A stretch of 64,000 nt of DNA from an uncultured Actinomycetota bacterium (lineage in GTDB: Bacteria; Actinomycetota; Actinomycetes; Streptosporangiales; Streptosporangiaceae): assembly GCA_963777905.1 (NCBI GenBank), contig CAVZSM010000034.1, positions 39,691 through 103,690 of the forward strand, read 5' to 3'. Below the pieces are notes generated by a model that did not search any database, was not told the origin of the DNA, and saw only the letters and a list, made by a program, of their open reading frames with translations. How positions within the stretch are numbered: position 1 is the stretch's first letter; the number at the start of each line of letters is the position of its first letter. Shown piece by piece: positions 43,238-52,929 of this stretch. The translations under genes and the position numbers were made by a program.

Positions 43238-43963
43238 CTAGCCTCGTGCTGACCGCAGGCCCGCGTCCCTGAGGAAGGTCAGCACCGCGGCGACGCGCCG
43301 GTGCACGAGCTGCTCGCTGGCCAGGTCGAGCTTCGTGAAGATCGCGTTGACGTACTTCTCCACCGACGATTCCGACAACGACAGCTCCGCCGCTATCCCC
43401 GCGTTTCCCCGGCCCTGGGCCATCTCGCGCAGCACGTCGAGCTCCCGTGGGGTGAGCCGGGCCAGCGGCGACTCGCGCAGCCGCGCCCGGCGGCTGACCA
43501 GCGCGTCGACCACCTGCGGGTCGACCACCGAGCCGCCGCTCGTCACCTCGCGCAGCGCTGCCAGCAGCTGCTGCAGGTCACCGACGCGGTCCTTGAGCAG
43601 GTAAGCCAGGCCCGCGGTGCCGTTCCTGAACAGCTCGAAGGCGTAGGACTCGTCGGCGTACTGCGACAGGACCACCACTCCGATGTCCGGATCGGCCGCC
43701 CTGATCGCGTGCGCCGCGTCGATGCCTTCCATCGCCGGCCTGACCGCGTCGTCGGCCCCGCCGACCGCGGTTCCCGCGGGCGGCATCCGGATGTCCGTCA
43801 GGACCGCGCCGGGCCGGGCCCGGCGCACCGCGTCGAGCAGTTCGGCCGCCGAGCCGACGGCGGCGAGCACGGTCACCTGCCCCGAGTCCTCGAGCAGCCG
43901 CCGGGTGCCCTCCCTGACCAGGTAGTTGTCGTCGGCGATGACGATGCGCAGCGGCTCCTTCAT
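43238..43963 (-). CDS. LuxR/NarL-family response regulator
   Basis: Receiver domain (IVIADDNYLVREG...LTDIRMPP) plus a LuxR HTH (LTPRELDVLREMAQGRGNAGIAAELSLSESSVEKYV). About 14 extra aa follow the phospho-Asp loop. Confidence 0.85.
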   Translation of the reverse strand: MKEPLRIVIADDNYLVREGTRRLLEDSGQVTVLAAVGSAAELLDAVRRARPGAVLTDIRMPPAGTAVGGADDAVRPAMEGIDAAHAIRAADPDIGVVVLSQYADESYAFELFRNGTAGLAYLLKDRVGDLQQLLAALREVTSGGSVVDPQVVDALVSRRARLRESPLARLTPRELDVLREMAQGRGNAGIAAELSLSESSVEKYVNAIFTKLDLASEQLVHRRVAAVLTFLRDAGLRSARG

Positions 43964-43972
43964 GGGCGTGGC

Positions 43973-45991
43973 TCAGCCATGGTCGGCGCCCGGCCCGGAA
44001 AGCGGGATCTCGGCGTGCAGCGTGGTTCCCCTGCCGGGCTCGCTGTCGATGCGCAGCGCCCCGCGCACGATCGAGATCCGGTCGGTGAGGCCGGCCAGCC
44101 CGAGTCCGCGCACCGACCCGGGATCGAAACCGCAGCCGTCGTCGCGCACCTCGACGGCCAGGTGCCCGTCCGGCTGCGTGAGCGCGACGAGCACCCGTTC
44201 CGCCCGCGCGTGCTTGACCGCGTTGGTCAGCGCCTCCGCGACCACGTACCAGGTGGTCGTCTCGATGTGCGCGGGGTAGCGGACCCCGCGCAGCGCCGGG
44301 TCGGCCTCGATCACCACCTCGAGCGGCAGTCTGGCAGCCTGTGCCTCGATCGCCTCGAGCAGCCCCTGGTCGGAGAGGACCGGCGGATGGATGGCGTGGG
44401 CGAACTCGCGCAAGGTGGCGAGCAGGTCGCCGAGGTCCCGCTGGAGCTCGGCCAGCGGCTCGTCGGTACGGGGGTCGCCGCGGCGCAGCCGTTCCCGCGC
44501 CAGCGCCAGCTTGGCCGTCAGCGCCACGACGTCCTGCTGGGCGCCGTCGTGCAGGTCCCGCTGGATGCGCTGCCGCTCGGCGTCCTGGGCGTGCGCGATC
44601 CTGGCCCTGGAGGCGGTCAGTTCCGCTGTCAGTCGCAGGTTGCTCACGGCCGTCGCGGCCTGGCCGGCCAGTTGCGCCAGCAGGCGGTGGTCCTCGTCGA
44701 GCAACGGGCCGTCGCGCCGCGGGCCGCACTCGATCCGGCCGAGCGTGCTGCCCGCGTGAACCAGCGGCGCCACATAGGCCGGGACAGCGGTCGTGCCGGG
44801 AACGAGCCCGGCGGTCGCGGTCTCGGCGCCGAGGCGCACGCGCACCCACTCCAGGGCGAGTCCCTGGCGTATCGCGTCAGCGAGCTGGGGCAGCAGGTCC
44901 GCCGCGCCTGGCGACGTCTCGAGCAGCGCGCCGAACCGGGTGATCACCGCGTAGCCGTCGAGCCGCTTCCCGAACACCCACCGGTCGGCCAGCCGTTCCA
45001 GCCTGCGCTGCACCGGCTGGAACGCCAGGGCGGCGCCGGCGGCCAGCAGCATCGCGACGCCGACCGTCAGGTACCGGCTGGCGAGGGTGCCGAGCGCGGC
45101 GGCCGCCGCGACGTAGACCACGGCGATCATCAGCCACAGCATGCGGTAGATGGCCGACCGGCGGGCGGCGCGGTCGATGCCGACGATTCCGTCGTCGGAC
45201 AGCGCCACTGCCAGCGATGCGAACACCAGCAGCAGTCCAAGCACCCAGAGCACCCAGACGGCTACCGTCGCGGCAGCTCCCGAGCCGAAGGTCGCAACGA
45301 CGGCGTTCGCGACGAAGACGAGCAGCGCGCTCCCCGTGCCGACCAGCATCCAGCGGATGCGGCGGCGGTCCGCCGCCGCCGACCGCCGGTACCGCAGGTA
45401 CAGCAGGACCAGCCCGAGGAAGACCCACGCGGAAAAAGTGAACTGCAGCGCGGCCAGGGCCGGCTTCGCCGGGCTCAACGCCGAAGTGAACAGCGGGCTG
45501 ACAGTGCCGGGCTCCGCCGCCTGGTAAAGGCTCGCCGGGGGTGTCTGGCTCGAGGCCATCAGCGCGACCGGGATCAGCACGGCTGCCACGGCGGTGGCAC
45601 GCAGCACCGCGCGTTCCCCGCGGCTCTGCGGGACGCCGGTCGGGAACAGCCCGATCAGCCCGATCCCGGTGACCACCGACAGGTTCGACGCGCACTCTGC
45701 GATCAGCAGCACGAGCCATGCCAACGATGAGCCGGCCACCGCCGGCAGGTCGGTGACGGCGCCGGCGAGGCAGTCGCCCACCGCGAACAGCGCTCCGCCC
45801 GCGAGCAGCCAGAATGCGACGCGGCGACCCGGCCCCCGGACAACGCCGATGAGCCCGGCGGCATAGAGCGGCGCCGGGCCGGCCAGCACGAAGCCGGCCT
45901 CGTCGAGGTGACCGGTGGCCAGTCCCATCCATGCCTCCGCGACCAGGGCGCAACCGCCGACGATCGCGAGAAACACGCAGACAGCCCGCAT
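43973..45991 (-). CDS. multi-TM sensor histidine kinase (HisKA_3/NarX-type)
   Basis: ATG at 45991 inside ORF 43973..46408. About 10 TM helices, a GAF-like linker, the H-box RIQRDLHDGAQQ, and an HATPase_c domain. Confidence 0.85.
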   Translation of the reverse strand: MRAVCVFLAIVGGCALVAEAWMGLATGHLDEAGFVLAGPAPLYAAGLIGVVRGPGRRVAFWLLAGGALFAVGDCLAGAVTDLPAVAGSSLAWLVLLIAECASNLSVVTGIGLIGLFPTGVPQSRGERAVLRATAVAAVLIPVALMASSQTPPASLYQAAEPGTVSPLFTSALSPAKPALAALQFTFSAWVFLGLVLLYLRYRRSAAADRRRIRWMLVGTGSALLVFVANAVVATFGSGAAATVAVWVLWVLGLLLVFASLAVALSDDGIVGIDRAARRSAIYRMLWLMIAVVYVAAAAALGTLASRYLTVGVAMLLAAGAALAFQPVQRRLERLADRWVFGKRLDGYAVITRFGALLETSPGAADLLPQLADAIRQGLALEWVRVRLGAETATAGLVPGTTAVPAYVAPLVHAGSTLGRIECGPRRDGPLLDEDHRLLAQLAGQAATAVSNLRLTAELTASRARIAHAQDAERQRIQRDLHDGAQQDVVALTAKLALARERLRRGDPRTDEPLAELQRDLGDLLATLREFAHAIHPPVLSDQGLLEAIEAQAARLPLEVVIEADPALRGVRYPAHIETTTWYVVAEALTNAVKHARAERVLVALTQPDGHLAVEVRDDGCGFDPGSVRGLGLAGLTDRISIVRGALRIDSEPGRGTTLHAEIPLSGPGADHG

Positions 45992-46160
45992 ACGCACAGT
46001 GTGACCCCCACGCTGACCTGCTGGGAAGGAAGCTGGCCGCACCCGCGACTTGCGGCCAGCCTCACCCCGGTCCGGCCGGCAGCCGGATACCGGGCGGACC
46101 TGCCGAGCCATAGCGTCTCGCAGCAGACCGATACCGCCCGGGGGAAAGGCGTCGAAGGAC

Positions 46161-46637
46161 ATGACAGAGAACCAGATCATCGTTGGCCACGCTGCGAGCA
46201 CGTCAGGCAGTGCGCTGCGCCGCGGCGCCGGTGCCGGGTACCGGTGGCTCTTGCTGCTCTTCCTAGTGGCTGGGGTGGTGCAGATCTTCCTCGCCGGGCT
46301 CGGGGTCTTCCACCTGCACGCGTACGGCCTCGATGACCCGGCCGGCGACGCGGCCCTGGACCCGCACCGCGCGCTGGGGTTCGCGATGGCGGGCATCGCG
46401 ATCCTCATCCTGGTGCTCGCGCTCGTCGCCAGGCCGGGCGGCCGCCAGGTCGTCCTGGCGGTCGTGCTGGTGCTGCAGACCGCGTTCCTGCAGAGCCTGC
46501 TGGCCGGGCTCGGCGACGACAGCCCGGTGTGGGGCGGGCTGCACGCCCTCGACGGGCTGCTCGCGCTGGTGGTCGCCGGCTACCTGTACGGCGTCGCCCT
46601 GGTCCGGCGCCGCGCCGCGGCGCGTGATCTCCGGTGA
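46161..46637 (+). CDS. small 4-TM membrane protein
   Basis: 158 aa from the ATG at 46161. Its stop overlaps the GTG start of the downstream kinase (GTGA). Confidence 0.6.
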   Translation: MTENQIIVGHAASTSGSALRRGAGAGYRWLLLLFLVAGVVQIFLAGLGVFHLHAYGLDDPAGDAALDPHRALGFAMAGIAILILVLALVARPGGRQVVLAVVLVLQTAFLQSLLAGLGDDSPVWGGLHALDGLLALVVAGYLYGVALVRRRAAARDLR

Positions 46638-48838
46638 GCGAGCCGCCGGGTGGCCAACCGCGGCTCTCCGCGGTCGCTTCCCGGACTCTCACGGCAACGT
46701 GGCTGATTACCGCCCTTGCGGCGGCGGCCGGGTGCGTCCTGACCGTGCTCGTGCGGGGGAACATAGCCAGGGGCGACCTCATTGGCAACCTGGCGGAGTC
46801 GCTGGCCAGCGTGTATTACGCCACCCTGGGGGTGCTCATCGTCCGGCGGGCCGCGAACCGGATCGGGTGGCTGATGCTCGGCGTCGGGGCACTGATCGCC
46901 CTTGAGACTGTCGCCAACGGGTACGGGGTGGTGGGCATCAGGCGTCCCGGTACGCTGCCCGCGGCCACGCTGGTCGGGTTGTTCGCCGAGTGGCTCTTCG
47001 TGCCGCTCTTCATCACCCTCATCGGCACGTTCCTGCTCTTCCCCGACGGAAGGCTCCCGTCTTCGCGGTGGCGGCCGGCGGCCTGGGTCGTCGCCGTCGT
47101 TGCCGTGCTCGGGATGACGGGGTTCGCGATCGCACCCCGGCTGGTGCGCATCCCGGCCCCCGGTGGGTCGGTGCTGTTTCCGAATCCGCTCGGCGTGGCC
47201 TCGCTCGGCCCGGTCTGGTCCGGCCTGCTCCTCGGCACGCTCACCGCGCTTAGCTTGGCGTCCCTGCCGCTGCTTGTCATAGTGGTCGCCGCGCTGGTGA
47301 CCCGTTTCCGCAGGGGCGGTCCCGATGTGCGGCAGCAGGTGAAGTGGCTGGCATTCGCGCTGGCGGTAATGCTCGTCGCCCAGCTACTCGGCCCGCTCAG
47401 GGACACGGCCACCGGCGGCCCGGCCAGCGGCCCGCTTATCATCGCCTCTGACGCGGTATCGGCGGCCGTCCCGCTTGCCGTGGTGCCTGCCGTCGTCACG
47501 CTGGCGATCCTGAAGTACCGGCTGTACCAGATCGACGTCATCATCAACAAGGCGGTGAAGTACGGCCTGCTCCTGGCGGCCCTCACCGCCGTCTACGCCG
47601 CCATCGTCGTCGGCATCGGGACGCTGGCCGGCTACGTCGGCGGCCCGCTGCTCACTGTCGCGGCGGCGGTCGCGATCGCCGTGCTGTTCCAGCCAGCCCG
47701 GGGCCGGGCCCAGCGGCTGGCCAACCGCTTCGTCTACGGGCGGCGGGCGACGCCCTACCAGGTGCTTGCTGACTTCGCCCAGGACATGGCCGGCCAGCCG
47801 GACGCCGCGGCGACGCTGGACCGGATGGCCGCGCTGCTCGCGGGGGCGACGGGCGCCACCGGGCTCACGGTCTGGATCCGCGTTGGTGAGCAGCTGCGCC
47901 CGCAGGCGACCTGGCCAGCCGGATCCGCCGCGACCGAACCCGTGCCGCTGGCTGACGGAGCGCTGCCGGACTTCGAAGCGACCCGGGCCGTCGCCGTCCG
48001 GCACGGGAACGAGCTGCTTGGCGCGCTCACGGTGGTCAAGCCGCCGGACGAGCCGGTGTCGGCTGCCGAGGAGAGCTTGCTGGCGCACCTGGCGTCACAG
48101 ACGGGCCTGGTGCTACGCAACTTGCGGCTCACCGCCGAGCTGCGGGCCACCATCGACGACCTGACGGCATCGCGTCAGCGGCTCGTGCGCGCCCAGGACG
48201 AGGAACGCCACCGGATCGAGCGGAACCTGCACGACGGCGCCCAGCAGCAGCTTGTCGCGCTCAGCATGCTGCTCAGGCTGCTGGAGGACTCCGCCGAGGA
48301 CCCCGGTGAGGTCAAGCACCTGGCGGTCCAGCTCAAGGACGGCCTGCGCGCCGCGCTCGAGGACCTGCGTGCGCTCGCCCGCGGCATCTACCCGCCGCTG
48401 CTGGCCGAGCAGGGACTGCGGGCCGCGCTGCGGGCACATGCCGACCGGGTTCCGGTCCCTGTGCTAGTCGAAGCGGACGGCATCGAGCGCTATCGCCGGG
48501 ACACGGAGGCCACCGCCTACTTCTGCATCCTCGAGGCCTTGCAGAACGTCGCCAAGTACGCGCGGGCCTCTCGGGCCTCCGTCGAGCTGGCCTGCCCAGA
48601 TGGTCATCTCGAGTTCACAGTCGCGGACGACGGAGTCGGCTTCGACGCCGTGACGGCCTCGGCCGGCACGGGCCTGCAGGGCATGGCCGACCGCGTCGCC
48701 GCGGTCGGCGGCAGTCTCCGGGTCCGCTCGGCACCGGGCACGGGCACGACCATCCACGGTCGCCTGCCGGAAGCAAGTAACAAGGCTAGCGAAAGAGCGA
48801 GCTTACCAAGAAGGAGGCCGACTGCACCGCCGACATGA
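46634..48838 (+). CDS. multi-TM sensor histidine kinase (HisKA_3-type), paralogue of 43973..45991
   Basis: Same architecture as the paralogue. H-box RIERNLHDGAQQ and an HATPase_c domain. Low-GC, atypical C-terminal tail. Confidence 0.85.
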   Translation: MSEPPGGQPRLSAVASRTLTATWLITALAAAAGCVLTVLVRGNIARGDLIGNLAESLASVYYATLGVLIVRRAANRIGWLMLGVGALIALETVANGYGVVGIRRPGTLPAATLVGLFAEWLFVPLFITLIGTFLLFPDGRLPSSRWRPAAWVVAVVAVLGMTGFAIAPRLVRIPAPGGSVLFPNPLGVASLGPVWSGLLLGTLTALSLASLPLLVIVVAALVTRFRRGGPDVRQQVKWLAFALAVMLVAQLLGPLRDTATGGPASGPLIIASDAVSAAVPLAVVPAVVTLAILKYRLYQIDVIINKAVKYGLLLAALTAVYAAIVVGIGTLAGYVGGPLLTVAAAVAIAVLFQPARGRAQRLANRFVYGRRATPYQVLADFAQDMAGQPDAAATLDRMAALLAGATGATGLTVWIRVGEQLRPQATWPAGSAATEPVPLADGALPDFEATRAVAVRHGNELLGALTVVKPPDEPVSAAEESLLAHLASQTGLVLRNLRLTAELRATIDDLTASRQRLVRAQDEERHRIERNLHDGAQQQLVALSMLLRLLEDSAEDPGEVKHLAVQLKDGLRAALEDLRALARGIYPPLLAEQGLRAALRAHADRVPVPVLVEADGIERYRRDTEATAYFCILEALQNVAKYARASRASVELACPDGHLEFTVADDGVGFDAVTASAGTGLQGMADRVAAVGGSLRVRSAPGTGTTIHGRLPEASNKASERASLPRRRPTAPPT

Positions 48839-48878
48839 TCGCGGTGTGGGACGAGAAGTCGGCGATACACGAGACGTC

Positions 48879-49352
48879 TTAGACTCGCTGCGGTAAGGAA
48901 GGGCCCTCGCGGGTCCAGCCTGGAGCGACCACGGTTAGGGAGAGGTCATCGGGGTTGACCTCCTGCCCGCAGTGGCGGCAGACGAACGCCGGGTCCAGGT
49001 CGTGCCCGCACGAGTGGCCGAACACCGAAGGCGGGCTGTCGACCGCCCACTTGTCTCCCCAGGCGCGCAGCGCCTGGAGGACGGTGCGGAGTTCCCGGCC
49101 CGCCTGGGTGAGCTCGTATTCGTGGCGCGGTGGGTGGTCGCTGTACTGGATGCGGGCGATCACGCCGGCGGCCTCGAGCGCGCGCAGCCGGACGGCCAGC
49201 CGGTCGCGGGGCGCGCCGGTGTTGCGGGCGATCGCGTCGAACCGCTTGTTGCCGAAGGCGATCTCGCGGATCGCGAGCAGCGCCCACTTCTCGCCGACCA
49301 CGTTCAGGGCGGCCGCTACCGAGCAGGGACGGCCGGGCAGATCCTCGCGCAT
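48879..49352 (-). CDS. HxlR-family transcriptional regulator with C-terminal extension
   Basis: CSVAAALNVVGEKWALLAIREIAFGNKRFDAI...YELTQAGREL. Alternative starts at 49364 and 49388. Confidence 0.8.
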   Translation of the reverse strand: MREDLPGRPCSVAAALNVVGEKWALLAIREIAFGNKRFDAIARNTGAPRDRLAVRLRALEAAGVIARIQYSDHPPRHEYELTQAGRELRTVLQALRAWGDKWAVDSPPSVFGHSCGHDLDPAFVCRHCGQEVNPDDLSLTVVAPGWTREGPSLPQRV

Positions 49353-49448
49353 ACGGACAAGCATACTCGGTTGCGGAATCAAACTCACTCAGGTTAGGCT
49401 TCGGTTGGGTTTTCAAACTCGGTAATGCTGGCGCGCTGATGCTGACAC

Positions 49449-50999
49449 GTGGTGCGCGCCGTGGCTACGGGAGGACGCGTGACCGACGGCGTGATCGACA
49501 CCAGCGCGGCCAACCGCAACACCGTTGGCGCTCAGGGGACAGCGCGCTTCGCGGCGGTGTTCGCCGTCGTCACGGCCGGCATTGCGATGGTGAACCTGGA
49601 TCTGTTCATCGTCAACGTGGCGTTGCCGTCGATCGGCAGGACATTCGGCGGCGCGGACCTCGCATCGCTGTCCTGGGTGCTGAACGCCTACGCGATCGTG
49701 TTCGCGGCGCTGCTCGTCCCGGCGGGGCGGGCGGCCGACCTGATCGGCCGGCGCACCGCGTTCCTGGCCGGCGTCATCGTTTTCGCGCTCGCCTCCGCCG
49801 CATGTGCGCTGGCACCGGACGTCTGGCTGCTCGTCGTCGCGCGGATCGTCCAGGCGGCCGGCGGCGCGCTGCTGATGCCGGCCTCCCTTGGCCTGCTGCT
49901 GGCGGCGGCGCCGCCAGACAAGCGCACCGGCGCGATCCGCGGCTGGACCTCGGTCGGGGGAGCGGCGGCCGCGCTGGGCCCGGTGCTCGGCGGCGCACTG
50001 GTCGCCGCGAACTGGCGCTGGGTCTTCCTGGTGAATGTCCCGATCGCGGCCGTCGCGCTGCTGGCCAGCCTGCGCGTGCTGCCGCGCGCTGATAACAGCA
50101 AGAAGCGCGCCAGCGCCGACACAGCCGACACTGTCCGTCCGGACACCGTGGGCGCCGCGCTGTTCACGATCGCTATCGGCGCGCTCGCCCTGGCCCTGGT
50201 CAAGTCCGACGAGTGGGGCTGGACGTCGGCCCGGGTACTGGGCTCGATCGCGGTGGCCGCGGTCCTGCTCGCGCTGTTCATCCGCCGGTCCGCCCGGCAC
50301 CCCGCGCCGGTCATCGAGCCGCACCTGCTCAGGCTTCCGGCGTTCTCGACGGCGACCGCGGCGAACGTCGTGTTCGGCGCCGCGTTCGGCGCGATGCTGC
50401 TGATGGTGACCCTCTGGTGCCAGGACGTCTGGGGCTGGTCCGCGCTGCGCACGGGCCTGGGCGTCGCCCCGGGCCCGCTGCTCGTGCCGTTCTTCGCCAT
50501 AGGCGCGGGCCCGCTCGCCCGCCGCATCGGCCCCGGCCCGGTCGCCGCCCTGGGCTGCGCGATCTACGCGGCGGGCTGCGTGTTCTGGCGGTTCAACCTG
50601 TCGCTGGTACCCGACTACCCCGCGCACATGCTGCCCGGCATGCTGATGACGGGGACCGGCGTCGGCCTCGCGTTGCCCACTCTCGTGAGCGCAGGGGTCT
50701 CCGCGGTCCCGCCGCACCGCTTCGCAACCGGATCCGGCGTGGTCACGATGGCGCGTCAGGTCGGCATCGTGATCGGCGTCGCCATCCTGGTCACGGTCCT
50801 CGGTCACCCGTCAGGCGCCGCCGCGCTGGCGGCCTTCCAGCATGCGACGGTAGTGATCGCCGCCATCGCGATCACCGCCGGCCTGGCGTCGCTGCTGCTG
50901 GTCCGCAGCACCAGGGGAGCCCGCGCCAGCGCGGCGGTCACGGTCGCGGAAAACCCAGTGGCGGCCGCGGCGGAGGAACCCGTACGTTCGGAGCCGTGA
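49449..50999 (+). CDS. MFS transporter, DHA2/EmrB-like (14-TMS type)
   Basis: MVNLDLFIVNVALPSIGRTF..., RIVQAAGGALLMP. About 14 helices. Divergent from the HxlR gene. Confidence 0.85.
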   Translation: MVRAVATGGRVTDGVIDTSAANRNTVGAQGTARFAAVFAVVTAGIAMVNLDLFIVNVALPSIGRTFGGADLASLSWVLNAYAIVFAALLVPAGRAADLIGRRTAFLAGVIVFALASAACALAPDVWLLVVARIVQAAGGALLMPASLGLLLAAAPPDKRTGAIRGWTSVGGAAAALGPVLGGALVAANWRWVFLVNVPIAAVALLASLRVLPRADNSKKRASADTADTVRPDTVGAALFTIAIGALALALVKSDEWGWTSARVLGSIAVAAVLLALFIRRSARHPAPVIEPHLLRLPAFSTATAANVVFGAAFGAMLLMVTLWCQDVWGWSALRTGLGVAPGPLLVPFFAIGAGPLARRIGPGPVAALGCAIYAAGCVFWRFNLSLVPDYPAHMLPGMLMTGTGVGLALPTLVSAGVSAVPPHRFATGSGVVTMARQVGIVIGVAILVTVLGHPSGAAALAAFQHATVVIAAIAITAGLASLLLVRSTRGARASAAVTVAENPVAAAAEEPVRSEP

Positions 51000-51407
51000 C
51001 CGAGGAAAGCGCCCTGCTCGTCACCGTCCCCGCCGCCGAGCCGGCGGTGGCCAGGCACCGCTCCCGCCTCGACACGAGCGCGGCGGTCGGCGTTCCGGCG
51101 CACATTACGGTGCTGTACCCATTCCTGCCGCCGGACCTTATTGACGCGGACACCCACGCGACCCTCGCCCGCCTGTTCGCGTCCGTTCCCGGTTTCCCCT
51201 TCACACTGGACCAGACGCGCTGGTTCCCTGACCCGGTGCTGTGGCTCGGCCCGTCGGACACGGCCCGGTTCTCAGCGCTGACAGCGCTCGTCGCCGCCGC
51301 GTTCCCTTCCTGCCCGCACCGAGGTCACCCTGATGACCGGCCCGGCACCGCGCTCCGCGCCGCCCGCTGCCCGTTGGACGACGCTGGCAACGTTCTCCCT
51401 CGCCTAG
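50996..51407 (+). pseudogene. 2H-phosphoesterase (2'-5' RNA ligase-like) gene with internal deletion/frameshift
   Basis: The GTG start overlaps the MFS stop (GTGA). The first H-x-T motif is present (AHITVLYPF). The expected second H-x-T region is absent. The family-typical C-terminus (EVTLMTGPAP...WTTLATFSLA*) is in the +1 frame and ends with TAG at 51405-51407. Confidence 0.55.
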
Positions 51408-51434
51408 CCGCTTCCCGTCAGCCGCGTTGGCGCC

Positions 51435-51530
51435 CGCGTTTCCGCGGAAGCGCATTGTGCACAATTTCACAAGGCCAGGGAGGCCAGCATGGCCTTGAGC
51501 CCGGCCAGGTAACCCTGGGCGTCGGCCGCT
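51435..51530. repeat. left copy of the 96-98 bp direct repeat flanking the cysS-like gene
   Basis: About 96% identical to 52930-53027. An orphan copy of the phosphotransferase gene tail (…DAQGYLAGLKAMLASLAL*) plus its 32 downstream bp. Confidence 0.9.
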
Positions 51531-51597
51531 GATCGAGCGGCACCGTCGGCTGCGCACGGACGGTTCTCACTACAATGAGCCGTCGTCTGGAGGTCAC

Positions 51598-52878
51598 GTG
51601 CGCCTGTTTGACACGGCAACTAAGACGCTCATGCCGGTCGATCCGCCCGATGGACGCATCGGCATGTACTTCTGCGGGCCGACCGTCTACGCGCGGGCGC
51701 ACGCGGGCAACGCGCGCCCGTTCGTGCTCGGCATGTGGCTAACCCGGTGGCTCCGCGCGTCCGGCCGGACCGTGACCTTCGTGCACAACATCACCGATAT
51801 CAATGACAAGATCTACGCCGCGGCCCCGAACGCGAGCGCGGACCTCGCCAACGCGGCGGCGGAATGGTACCTGCAGGACGTCTCCGCGCTGGGACTCGGC
51901 CTGCCGGACCATATGCCCCGCGTGACAGAGCATGTCCCCCAGATCATCGAGTTCATCGCAAACCTCATCGCCAACGGCTCCGCCTACGCCGCGGACCGCG
52001 ACGTCTACTTCCGGGTCTCCGGTGACAACAGATACGGGAGCCTGTCCCGGCAGCGCACGTTGGAACCGGAGGACCGCCTGCCGAACCCGGCCAAGGAGGA
52101 CCCCCGGGACTTCGCGCTATGGAAGGCCCGCAAGGACGGGGAGGACACGTTCTGGGACTCGCCGTGGGGCAAGGGTCGGCCCGGCTGGCACATCGAGTGC
52201 ACGGTGCTGGCAGAGGCGCTGCTGGGCAAGGCCTTCGAGATCCACGGCGGCGGCCTCGACCTGGTGTTTCCCCATCACGAGAACGAGCTCGCCCAGGCAC
52301 GGGCACTGGGCGGATCCTTCGCCCGGATCTGGGCCCACAACGGAATGCTCCAGTTCACCGGCGAGAAGATGTCTAAATCGGAAGGGAACGTCACCACCAT
52401 CCGAGAGGTCCTCGACGAATGGGGCGCCGAGACATTCCTGCTTTTCCTGATGACGGGGCACTGGCGACGGCCTATCGAGTTCTCAGCCGACACGATGGCG
52501 CAGGCCGTGGCCAGAGCGCAGACCTTCCGCAACGCGTTCACGCTGACGGAGGCTCGCCCCGATGAGAGCCAGTGGGCTGAGTTCGCGGCCGCGCTCGAAG
52601 ACGACTTCGACACGCCGCGGGCGCTGGCGGTCATGCACCGATGGGCATCCGAGCGGCAGCTGCGGCTGCTGAGCCGGGGTTTGGAGATCTTCGGGCTGGC
52701 GTCGCTCGCTCATCATGCCGAAGCGCCCTCCCACGTGCGCGCGATGAGGGAGCAGCGCGACGCCGCGCGGCGCAAGCGCGACTTTGCCCTAGCCGACAAG
52801 ATCCGCGCCGACATCGAGGCCGCCGGCTGGGAAATCCGTGACGACCCGAGCGGGGCCTCGCTACTGGTTCCCCGGTGA
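51598..52878 (+). CDS. cysS: cysteine--tRNA ligase homologue (short form, HIGH motif reads HAGN)
   Basis: 426 aa, GTG start after GGAGG. GMYFCGPTVYARAHAGNAR, NITDINDKI, GRPGWHIECT, HGGGLDLVFPHHENE, KMSKS, DDFDTPRAL, and a CysRS-type C-terminal helix (KRDFALADKIRADIEAAGW). Confidence 0.85.
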   Translation: MRLFDTATKTLMPVDPPDGRIGMYFCGPTVYARAHAGNARPFVLGMWLTRWLRASGRTVTFVHNITDINDKIYAAAPNASADLANAAAEWYLQDVSALGLGLPDHMPRVTEHVPQIIEFIANLIANGSAYAADRDVYFRVSGDNRYGSLSRQRTLEPEDRLPNPAKEDPRDFALWKARKDGEDTFWDSPWGKGRPGWHIECTVLAEALLGKAFEIHGGGLDLVFPHHENELAQARALGGSFARIWAHNGMLQFTGEKMSKSEGNVTTIREVLDEWGAETFLLFLMTGHWRRPIEFSADTMAQAVARAQTFRNAFTLTEARPDESQWAEFAAALEDDFDTPRALAVMHRWASERQLRLLSRGLEIFGLASLAHHAEAPSHVRAMREQRDAARRKRDFALADKIRADIEAAGWEIRDDPSGASLLVPR

Positions 52879-52929
52879 CTCGACACCGTGGGCGTGAGCA
52901 TGTTCGCCGCCTGCCGGCGCCAAGACCAA

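Noticed and set aside
50090-50108. Exact 19-nt AT-rich match TGATAACAGCAAGAAGCGC between the central loop of the MFS gene (50090-50108) and the intergenic region at 59001-59019.
   Set aside because: It is unexpected by chance, but there is no extended similarity on either side and no structural or functional context that I can propose. I have left it as a curiosity. A genome-wide search for the 19-mer would settle whether it is a motif.
51418-51702. ORFs 51418..51702(-) and 52631..53086(-) share the peptide VTWPGSRPCWPPWPCEIVHNALPRKR. ORFs 50213..51532(+) and 52875..53513(+) share RFRGSALCTISQGQGG.
   Set aside because: The shared peptides are out-of-frame translations of the 96-98 bp direct repeat, not paralogous proteins.
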